Shown: positions 1-8,999 of the stretch, piece after piece
How positions within the stretch are numbered: position 1 is the first letter of the stretch
Layout: each line of letters starts with the position of its first letter
Source: Deltaproteobacteria bacterium
GTDB taxonomy: Bacteria; Bdellovibrionota; JAJCYS01
Assembly: GCA_029262815.1 (NCBI GenBank)
Contig: JAJCYS010000042.1
Span: 13,156 to 77,155, forward strand
Length of the DNA stretch: 64,000 nucleotides
Reading direction: 5' to 3'
Position numbers and translations under genes: made by a program
Notes under the pieces: generated by a model
The model's input: only the letters and a program-made list of their open reading frames with translations
The model's database searches: none
What the model was told of the DNA's origin: nothing

Positions 1-135
1 TGGACGTTATGGGTTCCCGCTCACGCTGCGCGTGTCGGGAATAACAAGGAGATTGCTTCGTCGGGCAATAAAAACCTCCTCGCAATGACTGGTTGTAAAT
101 CTCGACATCCCTGCGAAGGCAGGAATCCACTATTC

Positions 136-1023
136 TCACTCGCCTTCGGGAAAGGCGTGTTGAAAAAACATCTTCTTCGATTCTTCTTTTTGTTTAGAAG
201 GGTCTGTGAATGACGGCATCTCAGATCGTTTGCGATCAGGCGACTCGCCTTTTTTTTCACTTGTCGTCGTTTTCTTTTCTCGGCTTGAACATGTAAACAC
301 TTCCTGAAAAATTGTTTGGTTGCTATCAAAGAGTTTGGTTAGCCTCTTTTTAAGCTCTAAAGGCTTTATAGATCCAATGGTAAGGTTTTCCAGAAGATCA
401 ATCGTGTTGAAATTGAGCAATCGAAGGTAGGTGAGATCTTCTGCCGATGCCTTTGAACTTTCCTTAATACTTAGAATTATTCGAGTCATCAACGCATGAA
501 ATGAAGTGGGTGGAATATATTTTTTATCGGTAGTTAGTGTTACATCTTTTGAAATTTTACTTACAGCTTGATTCAGGGCATCCATTATTTTTTTTGTTTG
601 TTCCAAAGCCATCAAATCCACATTGATAGATTCAGTTGCTTGTTTTAAATAGGCTGAATTTTGATCACAGATAGAACACTGGTTTACAACCGAACACGTA
701 GGCGAAATATCAATGTTTTTTTTGGGATGAAAAATAAGCTGGTAATTATCTTTGTCCACATAAGCTTTAAATATTAGAAAAAATGGATCAACTAAGTTAA
801 ATTTTACATGAGCAGCAATAATGGGCTTCGGACTATCTTCGAAGACACCATTATAAGAGTCAGCCAAAATATGATGGAACTTTGAAATTTGGGATTCATT
901 TTTTTCCAGTAGTGGTTTAACTATTTTGTCCATTCCGAATGCAATTGAGGACGTAACAAGAATTAAAAACCCAAGTGGGACGGAAAGAACTTTTTTCACA
1001 GCTGTGAATCTTTTGATTTCCAT
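136..1023 (-). CDS. hypothetical secreted protein (N-terminal signal peptide, charged low-complexity C-terminal tail)
   Basis: 295-aa ORF with a hydrophobic N-terminal segment (VLSVPLGFLILVTSSIAFG). No recognisable family motif. The K/E/S-rich C-terminus looks disordered. Confidence 0.4.
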   Translation of the reverse strand: MEIKRFTAVKKVLSVPLGFLILVTSSIAFGMDKIVKPLLEKNESQISKFHHILADSYNGVFEDSPKPIIAAHVKFNLVDPFFLIFKAYVDKDNYQLIFHPKKNIDISPTCSVVNQCSICDQNSAYLKQATESINVDLMALEQTKKIMDALNQAVSKISKDVTLTTDKKYIPPTSFHALMTRIILSIKESSKASAEDLTYLRLLNFNTIDLLENLTIGSIKPLELKKRLTKLFDSNQTIFQEVFTCSSREKKTTTSEKKGESPDRKRSEMPSFTDPSKQKEESKKMFFQHAFPEGE

Positions 1024-1041
1024 AACCTTTTAATTAAAGGA

Positions 1042-1401
1042 TCAGTGTCTCGGTTTCATCTTATACACTTTTAAATTACTCCCACGAGCTACGCCGATAC
1101 ACTGATAAGCACCCATATTATATACTCGGTTAACAAGCACCCGTTGACTCCGTTTTTCGAATCCTACTTGGCATTCATATTCAAAGAACGCTGTTTCAAT
1201 CGGTCCATCAATTTGAACATAATAATCCGTATTAGGATGCAAATTCATAAAAGTATTCCTCGCTCTACAATCATTGATGTAATCTGAATTACATTGCTCT
1301 AAATTCACAACGGATTCATACTGTGAACCCTGATACCCAAAGCTTGTTATAGGCATCATTAGAAGGCATCCAATTAAACTCATAACTATTTTCTTTGTCA
1401 T
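1042..1401 (-). CDS. small secreted cysteine-containing protein, unknown function
   Basis: 119-aa ORF. N-terminal signal-like segment MSLIGCLLMMPITSFG followed by a Cys-containing mature part. Confidence 0.4.
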   Translation of the reverse strand: MTKKIVMSLIGCLLMMPITSFGYQGSQYESVVNLEQCNSDYINDCRARNTFMNLHPNTDYYVQIDGPIETAFFEYECQVGFEKRSQRVLVNRVYNMGAYQCIGVARGSNLKVYKMKPRH

Positions 1402-1528
1402 AACATCACTCCCAGAAAAACCTACCCTCTTTTCGGCATTTAAAAGCTAACACATAAGACCCTTTGCCATTTTTCTTAAACCTGGAGTCTCTTGACGTAA
1501 TCAGCCATAATTTCGTATAGTTGGGACT

Positions 1529-1951
1529 ATGAAAATATCCCTCTGTAGTGATGAACCTTATGCCGTACACAAAACCTTGCTTCAAGAATTGGAAAAACAG
1601 GGACACCAATTAGAGTTATTTGGCTCGTTTAAAACTCACGAATCGATCTCATGGGCTCTTGAAACAAAAAAAGCTGCGCAGGCTGTTGCGTCTGGTCAAT
1701 GTGAAGAAGGTATATTTTTCTGTTGGACAGGCACTGGAGCTTCTATTGCAGCAAATAAAATCGATGGCATCCGTGCGGCACTTTGTGTAGATGCACAAAC
1801 CGCCAAAGGCGCACGAATTTGGAATCATGCCAATATTCTAGTTCTCTCAAATCGTCTTATCAGCCCTGATATTCTCAAAGAAATTTTAGAAGCCTGGTTT
1901 ACAACACCCTTTGACTCGAAAAACGCCTCTGAAGTTAATCTCCTTGAATAG
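1529..1951 (+). CDS. rpiB: ribose-5-phosphate isomerase B / LacAB-type sugar-phosphate isomerase
   Basis: 140 aa. RpiB/LacA/LacB-family pattern (MKISLCSDEP ... GIFFCWTGTGASIAANK ... ALCVDAQTA) and typical size. Confidence 0.7.
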   Translation: MKISLCSDEPYAVHKTLLQELEKQGHQLELFGSFKTHESISWALETKKAAQAVASGQCEEGIFFCWTGTGASIAANKIDGIRAALCVDAQTAKGARIWNHANILVLSNRLISPDILKEILEAWFTTPFDSKNASEVNLLE

Positions 1952-1966
1952 CAGGTTATAACCTGC
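1951..1966. terminator. 16-bp perfect palindrome GCAGGTTATAACCTGC shared by convergent rpiB and small minus-strand gene (possible bidirectional hairpin)
   Basis: The palindrome overlaps the rpiB stop codon (1949-1951) and the stop of the minus-strand ORF (1956-1958). Only 4 nt separate the two convergent CDSs. Confidence 0.3.
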
Positions 1967-2216
1967 TTTCCATCACAGATATTTTTTCTTCCAGTAATTT
2001 AACTTTAGTTTCTAACGCCTTAATTCTTTTTGCATGCTTAGGCACTTCCAAGATCATTTTTGCCAATTTACTTAAGCCATCCGCATTCCCAGTTTGGTGA
2101 TAACCAAATATCGCTCCTCCAACTAGAATGGCTCCGATTACTAAGCTTAGTTTTTTTGATTTCATATCAACTCTCCGCTTACCAACGTCTGTGTCGGTTC
2201 TGGCTAAGATTATCAA
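1956..2216 (-). CDS. small membrane-anchored coiled-coil protein (paralogue of 2179..2412)
   Basis: 86 aa. An internal Met (MKSKKLSLVIGAILVGGAIFG) gives an N-terminal TM/signal anchor followed by a K/E-rich heptad-like tail. The true start is probably that internal Met (about 2165). Confidence 0.35.
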   Translation of the reverse strand: MIILARTDTDVGKRRVDMKSKKLSLVIGAILVGGAIFGYHQTGNADGLSKLAKMILEVPKHAKRIKALETKVKLLEEKISVMESRL

Positions 2217-2412
2217 GGGTTTTAGACATCACTTTATATTTGTGTTGCAGTGCATTCATATCTTGATGCAACTGAAAAACAACGAGTTTCAAATCTTCAA
2301 CCTCTTCTTCAAGCGGCATAGGATATTTGGCACTCGCGAACGTAAGTGCTGATATACAAATAATGACGCCCAAAAATGGGATGCGATGTGATTCTTTTTT
2401 TAGATGTTTCAT
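2179..2412 (-). CDS. small membrane-anchored coiled-coil protein (paralogue of 1956..2216)
   Basis: 77 aa. N-terminal hydrophobic anchor (IPFLGVIICISALTFASA) and a charged helical tail. Same architecture as its neighbour. Confidence 0.35.
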   Translation of the reverse strand: MKHLKKESHRIPFLGVIICISALTFASAKYPMPLEEEVEDLKLVVFQLHQDMNALQHKYKVMSKTLDNLSQNRHRRW

Positions 2413-2517
2413 ACAGCTCCTCCTAAAGGAAAATAGATTGCCAATCTCTGGATCGGCTTTCCTGGAAGGAAGCTTAGAATAACCGTGAAAACAAATTCAG
2501 TTTAATTTCTTTGGTTT

Positions 2518-3846
2518 TTACTTAGGGGAAGTTTGGATATTTTTCGAGAGAACTAGAGCTTCTTCGCGAATAGCATCCTCATCAAGCGTTTCGATATTGT
2601 TATTTCGCATCACCCACTGACCATCAATCATCATGTCTGAAACATCCCCCTCTTTTGCACAATAAATCACATTAGAAAGTGCATCGTGCATGGGAATAAG
2701 ATGCGGTTTTGAAAGATCCAAACATACCAAGTCAGCTTTCTTACCCACTTCTAGAGATCCGATTTCATGATCGGCTCGAAAGGCAGCAGCGCCACCCATC
2801 GTTGCAGCATGGAACATAAATTCAGTCGAAGATACGGTCGGATCAAAATGATTTACTTTTTGGAGCAGTGCACCGGTTCGCACTTCAGAGAAAAAATCTA
2901 GGTCATTGTTACTTGCTGATCCATCCGTTCCTACAGCAACATGGATGCCTTCTTTCGCCCAGCGGTGTATGTCCGCAATCCCCGATCCTAATTTCATATT
3001 GGATTCTGGATTGTAGACAAGGCCTACATGATTGAATGTGTTTAGGTGTTTATAATCTGAATCTGACAGATACACCCCATGCGCTAAGACAACATCACAC
3101 TCATGCATACCCGCTTCACGAAACACCTCCACGGGCGTCATGCCATTGTGATTCTGAGCAACAATTGATTGCTCTCCCTTGCTTTCAGATGCGTGCGTCT
3201 GAATAATTAGGTTATGAGCTTTTGCAAATTCGGCGACTTGTTTTAAAGTATCCATGTCATCAGAATAGGCAGAGTGGGGTGCGATAGAAGCTCTAATTCG
3301 TGGGTTATTTTGTAGCTTCTCTGATAACTTTCGCACATTCTCTAACCCTTCAGCCAAGCCAGCTGCATCAGGCACCTTATTCTTCATAGCAGACTGGCCT
3401 ACCCAACCTCTTAATCCAGCTTGGTCTAAAGCTTCAGCAGTTTGAGCGCCGAAGTAATACATATCTCCTACTGCAGTCACACCAGACCGAATGCATTCGA
3501 GCAAAGCTAATTTTGTACCTATAGATACAAATTCAGCACTGGTCCATTTGCCCTCGATGGGAAACATGTATTCGTGTAGCCAATCAATTAATGGCAGATC
3601 TTCACCAAATCCTTTGAGCAGCGTCATTGCAAGATGGGTATGTGCATTAAATAGTCCAGGGATGATGAGTTTCCCCTGTGCATCAAAAAACGATATGTCT
3701 TGATCTTGAGCGCGTTCGATATCCCAAGTGCCTTCACCTATTTGAACTACCTTATTGCCTTCAACGACAATAAATCCCTGATCAATAAATGAGTTCCGAT
3801 CAGCTTTTGGCAAAATAGCAGCATTGATAAAAACTATCTTGCTCAT
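2518..3846 (-). CDS. amidohydrolase-superfamily nucleoside deaminase, MtaD/TRZ-ATZ-like (5'-methylthioadenosine/S-adenosylhomocysteine/adenosine deaminase family)
   Basis: 442 aa. Metal-binding motif PGLFNAHTHLAMTLLKG near the N-terminus. Downstream HxxxE/His and GTDGSASNN Asp-region motifs typical of this subfamily. Confidence 0.65.
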   Translation of the reverse strand: MSKIVFINAAILPKADRNSFIDQGFIVVEGNKVVQIGEGTWDIERAQDQDISFFDAQGKLIIPGLFNAHTHLAMTLLKGFGEDLPLIDWLHEYMFPIEGKWTSAEFVSIGTKLALLECIRSGVTAVGDMYYFGAQTAEALDQAGLRGWVGQSAMKNKVPDAAGLAEGLENVRKLSEKLQNNPRIRASIAPHSAYSDDMDTLKQVAEFAKAHNLIIQTHASESKGEQSIVAQNHNGMTPVEVFREAGMHECDVVLAHGVYLSDSDYKHLNTFNHVGLVYNPESNMKLGSGIADIHRWAKEGIHVAVGTDGSASNNDLDFFSEVRTGALLQKVNHFDPTVSSTEFMFHAATMGGAAAFRADHEIGSLEVGKKADLVCLDLSKPHLIPMHDALSNVIYCAKEGDVSDMMIDGQWVMRNNNIETLDEDAIREEALVLSKNIQTSPK

Positions 3847-4694
3847 AATTTCCCCAACACGAAATTCATAATTTTCAATATGATTGGACTCATTCGATGC
3901 GTCATCTGAACAACTTCATCGTGATTTAGCGGCTCAGAAAATCGCCCACATGCATAATTTGTAATTAAGCAAAGTACAGACAAAGGAATTTTACACGCTT
4001 TTGCAGTGATGGTTTCACACACTACAGACATGCCAACGACATCTGCCTTTAAATCACCAAATGCCGTAATCTCAGCCTCTGATTCATAACAGGGCCCTGT
4101 CACACCTAAATAAACCCCATTATGTAGCTGACAAGGCAATCCTTCACTTCGGATAGCCTCTTTGAATAAGCCATACAAATGTTGTTCAAATGGTTTATCC
4201 ATTGGGACAAATCGAGAACCAAAAATAGATTCATCGAGTCCCCGTAGGGGATTGCTTGCTTGAAAATTAATGTAATTTTGGATGGCAACTAAATCCCCTG
4301 GCACAGACGCGGGGTGGATCCCCCCTACAGCACTCGTTAATAACATTCTTTCTGGTGTAAATTCTGAAAGCACCCGAATCGGAAAAGCTAATTGCCAAGG
4401 GTCAAGTCCTTCGTACCCATGAAATCGCCCTTCCAAAACCACAACCTGAGCATCTTCATTTGTAAAAATATGAAGGACGCCTCCATGCCCAGACACGGAT
4501 GGCACAGGAAAGTGGGGTATGAGTTTGTATGGCAGGGAGACAGTACAGGGCAAATTAAGATCTGTTAAAAACCCAAATCCGCTCCCAGATTGAATAATAA
4601 GCTTCGGTGAAGGACGCAAGTAAGGCCGTATGGTCCTACTTGCGTCTTCAATACATTGCTTATAGACATTAGACTCTTCAGCAAAATAACTCAT
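3843..4694 (-). CDS. purine nucleoside phosphorylase, trimeric PNP/MTAP family
   Basis: 283 aa. Aligns by eye with PNP along its length (SGSGFG ... GRFHGYEG ... NPLRG ... VGMSVVCETI). Overlaps the upstream deaminase gene by 4 nt, suggesting one operon. Confidence 0.7.
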   Translation of the reverse strand: MSYFAEESNVYKQCIEDASRTIRPYLRPSPKLIIQSGSGFGFLTDLNLPCTVSLPYKLIPHFPVPSVSGHGGVLHIFTNEDAQVVVLEGRFHGYEGLDPWQLAFPIRVLSEFTPERMLLTSAVGGIHPASVPGDLVAIQNYINFQASNPLRGLDESIFGSRFVPMDKPFEQHLYGLFKEAIRSEGLPCQLHNGVYLGVTGPCYESEAEITAFGDLKADVVGMSVVCETITAKACKIPLSVLCLITNYACGRFSEPLNHDEVVQMTHRMSPIILKIMNFVLGKL

Positions 4695-4709
4695 GATCCG
4701 TTTTAAGAC

Positions 4710-5984
4710 CTAACTAATCAGAAGGGCAGCGATATTCGCTGTCATCAAACAAGCTATGGTCCCAGCAATCATGGCACGAAATCCCAATTTGGCAAGTTCA
4801 TGCTTTCGCTTAGGTACTAACGTTCCAATCCCACCAATTTGGATGGCAATTGAGGAAAAGTTAGCAAATCCACAGAGAGCATACGTGACAATAATTTGTG
4901 ATCTTTCGGAGAGCATCTCTTTGACACTCGAAAATTCCATATAAGCCACAAACTCATTGATGACCATTTTCTTACCAAGCAAGTTACCAACAATGCCGCA
5001 TTCTGCAGCTGGAATCCCCATCAACCAGCTAATAGGCCAGAAGATCGTAGCGAAAATAGATTCCAATGTTAAATTCACATCCATTGAAACGGAGAAAAGT
5101 CCGAGTACATATTCAATACCCATGCTCACATATGCTAAGCCGCCATTAAAAAGAGCAATCAACGCGATGAATGCCACTAACATTCCAAGCACATTTAGTG
5201 AAAGATGAAGTCCCTCTTTGGCTCCCGTACAAGCTGCGTCAAAGATATTGGCATGATTTCCAAAATCTTTAGCAAACGAAACTTTGCCTTCAGTTTCAGG
5301 GACATCCATTTCGGGAATCATTAGTTTTGCCATCACAACGGCAGCTGGGGCACTAATGACACTGGCAGTCAGCAAGTGACCCGCATCGACACCAAACCCA
5401 ACAAACGCGGCAAACACACCCCCCGCAATAGTTGCGAAACCGCCGGTCATCATCGTCATTATTTCAGACCGAGTCATGTTATTTAGATATGGACGAACGA
5501 TCAAGGGCGCCTCAGTCTGTCCAGCAAAAATATTGGCTGCACAACTTAATGATTCTGCACCGGAGATTCTCATCATAAAATGCATGAGTTTAGCAAAAAG
5601 CCATACGAATATTTGCAAAATCTTTAAATGATAGAGAACTGCGGATAAAGAGGCGGTCAGAATGATAACGGCTGGCACTTGGATAGCAAAAATCCATCCT
5701 TTGAATTGACCAAAAACTTTTCCCATCAAAGGAATGTCAGCTAATGAGCCAAAAATAAATCCAGCACCATGCCCGGCATAAGCCAAGATTGCATTAAAAA
5801 ATGCTCGAGCACCGTTGAAGATACCCATTCCTATATCTGTTTTCAAAATAAACAGCGCAAATAATAGTTGTAAGGCGACACCACCTGCGATCGTGCGCCA
5901 ATGAATATTTTTTCGGCTACTTGAAACGGCATACCCGATGCCGATAAACACAAGTAGGCCTATAACACTAATTGCCCGCTCCAT
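4710..5984 (-). CDS. nupC: concentrative nucleoside transporter, NupC/CNT family
   Basis: 424 aa polytopic membrane protein. N-terminal region and overall hydrophobic pattern match the NupC family. Confidence 0.7.
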   Translation of the reverse strand: MERAISVIGLLVFIGIGYAVSSSRKNIHWRTIAGGVALQLLFALFILKTDIGMGIFNGARAFFNAILAYAGHGAGFIFGSLADIPLMGKVFGQFKGWIFAIQVPAVIILTASLSAVLYHLKILQIFVWLFAKLMHFMMRISGAESLSCAANIFAGQTEAPLIVRPYLNNMTRSEIMTMMTGGFATIAGGVFAAFVGFGVDAGHLLTASVISAPAAVVMAKLMIPEMDVPETEGKVSFAKDFGNHANIFDAACTGAKEGLHLSLNVLGMLVAFIALIALFNGGLAYVSMGIEYVLGLFSVSMDVNLTLESIFATIFWPISWLMGIPAAECGIVGNLLGKKMVINEFVAYMEFSSVKEMLSERSQIIVTYALCGFANFSSIAIQIGGIGTLVPKRKHELAKLGFRAMIAGTIACLMTANIAALLIS

Positions 5985-6041
5985 TTGCTCTCCCTTTTTG
6001 TTAGAATCGGTCTACCCAACTCGCTTTATCCAACACCAAAC

Positions 6042-7346
6042 TTACATAACCTTAGCGATCAATGGTAAGTTCGGCGCATCGGATGTACGAATATCCATAC
6101 AAGCCAAAAACTTCCCTGTAAGTACTTCTTGTACTTCAGAACCCTCGGAAACAAAACACGTCATTAGGGGGTCTCCAACCTCGACCGAATCGCCGATTTT
6201 CTTGTGCAACTCAACACCAACTGAATTATCTATATCAGCATCAGTGCGCGAGCGGCCTCCACCTAACCCTACTAACAAATAACCAAGAGCCTCTGTATCC
6301 ATGCCACATACTGTGCCACTTGTTTCAGCACAAACATCCCACTTATGGGACGCTTGAGTATAAAACCCATCTTTCTCAAAGGAAGAGATGTCTCCTCCTT
6401 GCGCTTCTATAATGTCGCAAAATTTTTGATAGGCAGCACCTGAGCGGAGAGCCTCTTTGACCCTAGACTCAGCTTTCGCGTAGTCAGATTCGATACTACC
6501 TGCTTGAACCATCAGTGCAGCTAACACAACACTTAGATGGTAAAGATCCGTTGGCTCTTCTTGTCCCTTTAGGATTTGTAGCACCTCATGAATTTCCGGA
6601 GCTAACCCAAAATATCGACCCAATGGCTGGTTCATATCAGAAAGAACGCCTAGAACTTTGACCCCGTGCGCATCTCCGATATCTTTCATTTTTTCATAAA
6701 GTGAAAGTGCATCCTCTTGGGACTTCATAAATGCACCGACCCCAAATTTCATATCCATAACTAGGCCGCTAATATCTTCAGATAACTTTTTGCTCATAAT
6801 AGATGAAGCTATTAGGTCCTGATTCTCAACCGTCCCGGTTACATCTCTCAGCCCATATAGCTTTCGATCTAACGGCGCGATTCGAGCGGTTGGGCCCGTA
6901 AAACACAGTCCATGATCATGAACCAACTGCTCAATTTTTTCGTTTGTATCTGGAATCGATACACCCGGAATAGCCAAAAGTTTATCCAGCGTCCCGCCCG
7001 TGTGGCCTAGGGAACGTCCCGAAAGCATAGGAATTGCACCGCCCAAAGCGGCTACAATAGGCGCGATAATAAAGGATGTTTTGTCTCCAACCCCACCCGT
7101 ACTGTGTTTATCAACACAATGTGAACTTTCAATTTGAAGCTTTACGCCACTTTCGAGCATGACTTGGGTCCATATCGCAAGTTCGGACCGTGTGAGACCC
7201 TTAAAAAATACCGCCATAAGCAAAGCGCTCATTTGTGCAGGTTGAATACCCCCATTGTCAAATTCTGTGAGAAACCAATGAATATCATCATGAGAGAGGA
7301 CTTCACCATCTCGCTTCTTCTTGATTATGACTTGAGGTAACTTCAT
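6042..7346 (-). CDS. deoA: thymidine phosphorylase / pyrimidine-nucleoside phosphorylase
   Basis: 434 aa. Glycosyltransferase family-3 signature DKHSTGGVGDKTS and the S/T-G-R-S/G-L-G-H-T-GGT segment. Confidence 0.8.
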   Translation of the reverse strand: MKLPQVIIKKKRDGEVLSHDDIHWFLTEFDNGGIQPAQMSALLMAVFFKGLTRSELAIWTQVMLESGVKLQIESSHCVDKHSTGGVGDKTSFIIAPIVAALGGAIPMLSGRSLGHTGGTLDKLLAIPGVSIPDTNEKIEQLVHDHGLCFTGPTARIAPLDRKLYGLRDVTGTVENQDLIASSIMSKKLSEDISGLVMDMKFGVGAFMKSQEDALSLYEKMKDIGDAHGVKVLGVLSDMNQPLGRYFGLAPEIHEVLQILKGQEEPTDLYHLSVVLAALMVQAGSIESDYAKAESRVKEALRSGAAYQKFCDIIEAQGGDISSFEKDGFYTQASHKWDVCAETSGTVCGMDTEALGYLLVGLGGGRSRTDADIDNSVGVELHKKIGDSVEVGDPLMTCFVSEGSEVQEVLTGKFLACMDIRTSDAPNLPLIAKVM

Positions 7347-7490
7347 ATATTTGATCCAAACCTCTCAAATTTATGTATGTGCCGTACGGGCATATAATCT
7401 ATCCAAAGACAATCGAAAATGATATAAGAATTTATAACAAAGATACTTTTTACTAAATTAATATAGATTGTAGTTTAAAACCTATTTTAT

Positions 7491-8999
7491 TTGGAGCTAA
7501 TGAGTCAGAAACCATATCGTATTTTTATTAGCAAAACGTTTTTTGAAAAACGTATCGCTTTTTGTACCGAACAGAATGTTGAAGAAGTCTGGATAGATCG
7601 AGGACACCCAGAAAAACATATTGTGGGTAATATCTACTATGGAAAAGTCCAACGGGTTCTTCCAGGCATGCAGGCCTCTTTTGTAGATATTGAACTTGAA
7701 AAAAATGGGTTCCTTTATGAAGGAGATATTATTGAAACCGAAGAAGATGGGCTCGACTACTTAGACTCAAGTCCTGAATCAGGTGCAGCCCCGCATGTCC
7801 CATCATTTCAGTCATTGAAACCTAAAGACCGCATCTTGGTTCAGGTCACAAAAGGGCCGATCGCTTCCAAAGGCGCCCGATTAACCACGAGTATTACCCT
7901 GACTGGCAAATTCCTCGTTTTGCTCCCCCAGAGCAGACGAATTGGGATCTCAAAAAAAATAAAGAATAGCAAAACACGCGATCAACTCTTCCAAGCCATC
8001 AAAGAAGTCCAGAAAAACCAAGGCTTTCCGTATGGCATTATCATTCGAACTGCTGCTTTGAACACGCACCCGAAAAAACTGCAAGAGGAATACCTCAACC
8101 TTATTGAAACCTGGCTTAAGGTTGCCAAAGCAGCACAAAAAGCTAAGGCGCCGTGTTTGCTACATAGTGATAACGATCCACTTGATCGACTTTTGCGAGA
8201 ATACTGTGGTAACCCTGCTACTCAAATTATTGTTGACCATGAGACAACCTATAAAAGGTTGTTGAGCAAAGCTCAAGCACGTTACTTTTTTCCAAAAGAA
8301 AACATAATTCTATATAACAAAGGCGGGGGGCTATTTGAGGATTTTGGCATTGAACAAGAACTCTCCAAAACACTCGATAGACGTATTTGGCTAGAAAGTG
8401 GGGGATACATTGTTTTTGACGAAACTGAAGCACTCACCGTAATCGACGTCAATACCGGACGATTTGTCGGAAAGACAAGATTAGAAGAAACGCTCGTTAA
8501 AACAAATATCGAAGCTGCTGAGGAAATCGTTCAGCAAATCACTTTACGAAATTTATCTGGAATCATTATTGTTGATTTTATAGATATGGATGAAAACAAA
8601 CACAAACACCTTATCCTCGATACACTCAAGAAAAAACTGAAGAACGATCGCACACGAAATTCCGTTTTATCTATGACACAACTTGGACTTGTTCAAATTA
8701 CCCGAAAAAGAACTCATTCATCCTTACTACATCAACTTTCAACAACCTGTCCGTATTGCGATGGCAAGGGGGTTACGAAAGGCGAAGAGACTGTTCTATT
8801 GGAGATTCTTCGTGAGATTAAATCTCATATTCAAAAGAAAAATAATCGACTTTCTGTTTTGGTGAGTGAACCTTTGTTTGAGGCTGTGTTGACAACCTAT
8901 AAACTTTTTATTGAAGATATCGAGAAAAAACATCGATTGAAAATTACTTGGAAAATGATGAGCGATTTTCATTTGGAGGAGTTCGAGGTATACGTCTGA
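7491..8999 (+). CDS. rng: ribonuclease G (RNase E/G family, short form)
   Basis: 502 aa. S1 domain (VGNIYYGKVQRVLPGMQASFVDI), catalytic DFIDM motif and a Zn-link-like CPYCDGKG. The length fits RNase G rather than RNase E. Confidence 0.75.
   Translation: MELMSQKPYRIFISKTFFEKRIAFCTEQNVEEVWIDRGHPEKHIVGNIYYGKVQRVLPGMQASFVDIELEKNGFLYEGDIIETEEDGLDYLDSSPESGAAPHVPSFQSLKPKDRILVQVTKGPIASKGARLTTSITLTGKFLVLLPQSRRIGISKKIKNSKTRDQLFQAIKEVQKNQGFPYGIIIRTAALNTHPKKLQEEYLNLIETWLKVAKAAQKAKAPCLLHSDNDPLDRLLREYCGNPATQIIVDHETTYKRLLSKAQARYFFPKENIILYNKGGGLFEDFGIEQELSKTLDRRIWLESGGYIVFDETEALTVIDVNTGRFVGKTRLEETLVKTNIEAAEEIVQQITLRNLSGIIIVDFIDMDENKHKHLILDTLKKKLKNDRTRNSVLSMTQLGLVQITRKRTHSSLLHQLSTTCPYCDGKGVTKGEETVLLEILREIKSHIQKKNNRLSVLVSEPLFEAVLTTYKLFIEDIEKKHRLKITWKMMSDFHLEEFEVYV

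Noticed and set aside
21-329. 102-aa minus-strand ORF rich in K/R (MIATKQFFRKCLHVQAEKRKRRQVKKK...)
   Set aside because: It overlaps the 3' end of the 136..1023 gene and the hairpin-rich edge segment. Composition is typical of an antisense or out-of-frame artefact.
3491-3703. 70-aa plus-strand ORF inside the amidohydrolase gene
   Set aside because: Antisense to a well-supported CDS and no motif. Similar embedded ORFs (4106..4288, 4756..4944, 4957..5208, 5938..6282, 7134..7340, 7950..8138, 8227..8433, 8683..8865) are rejected for the same reason.
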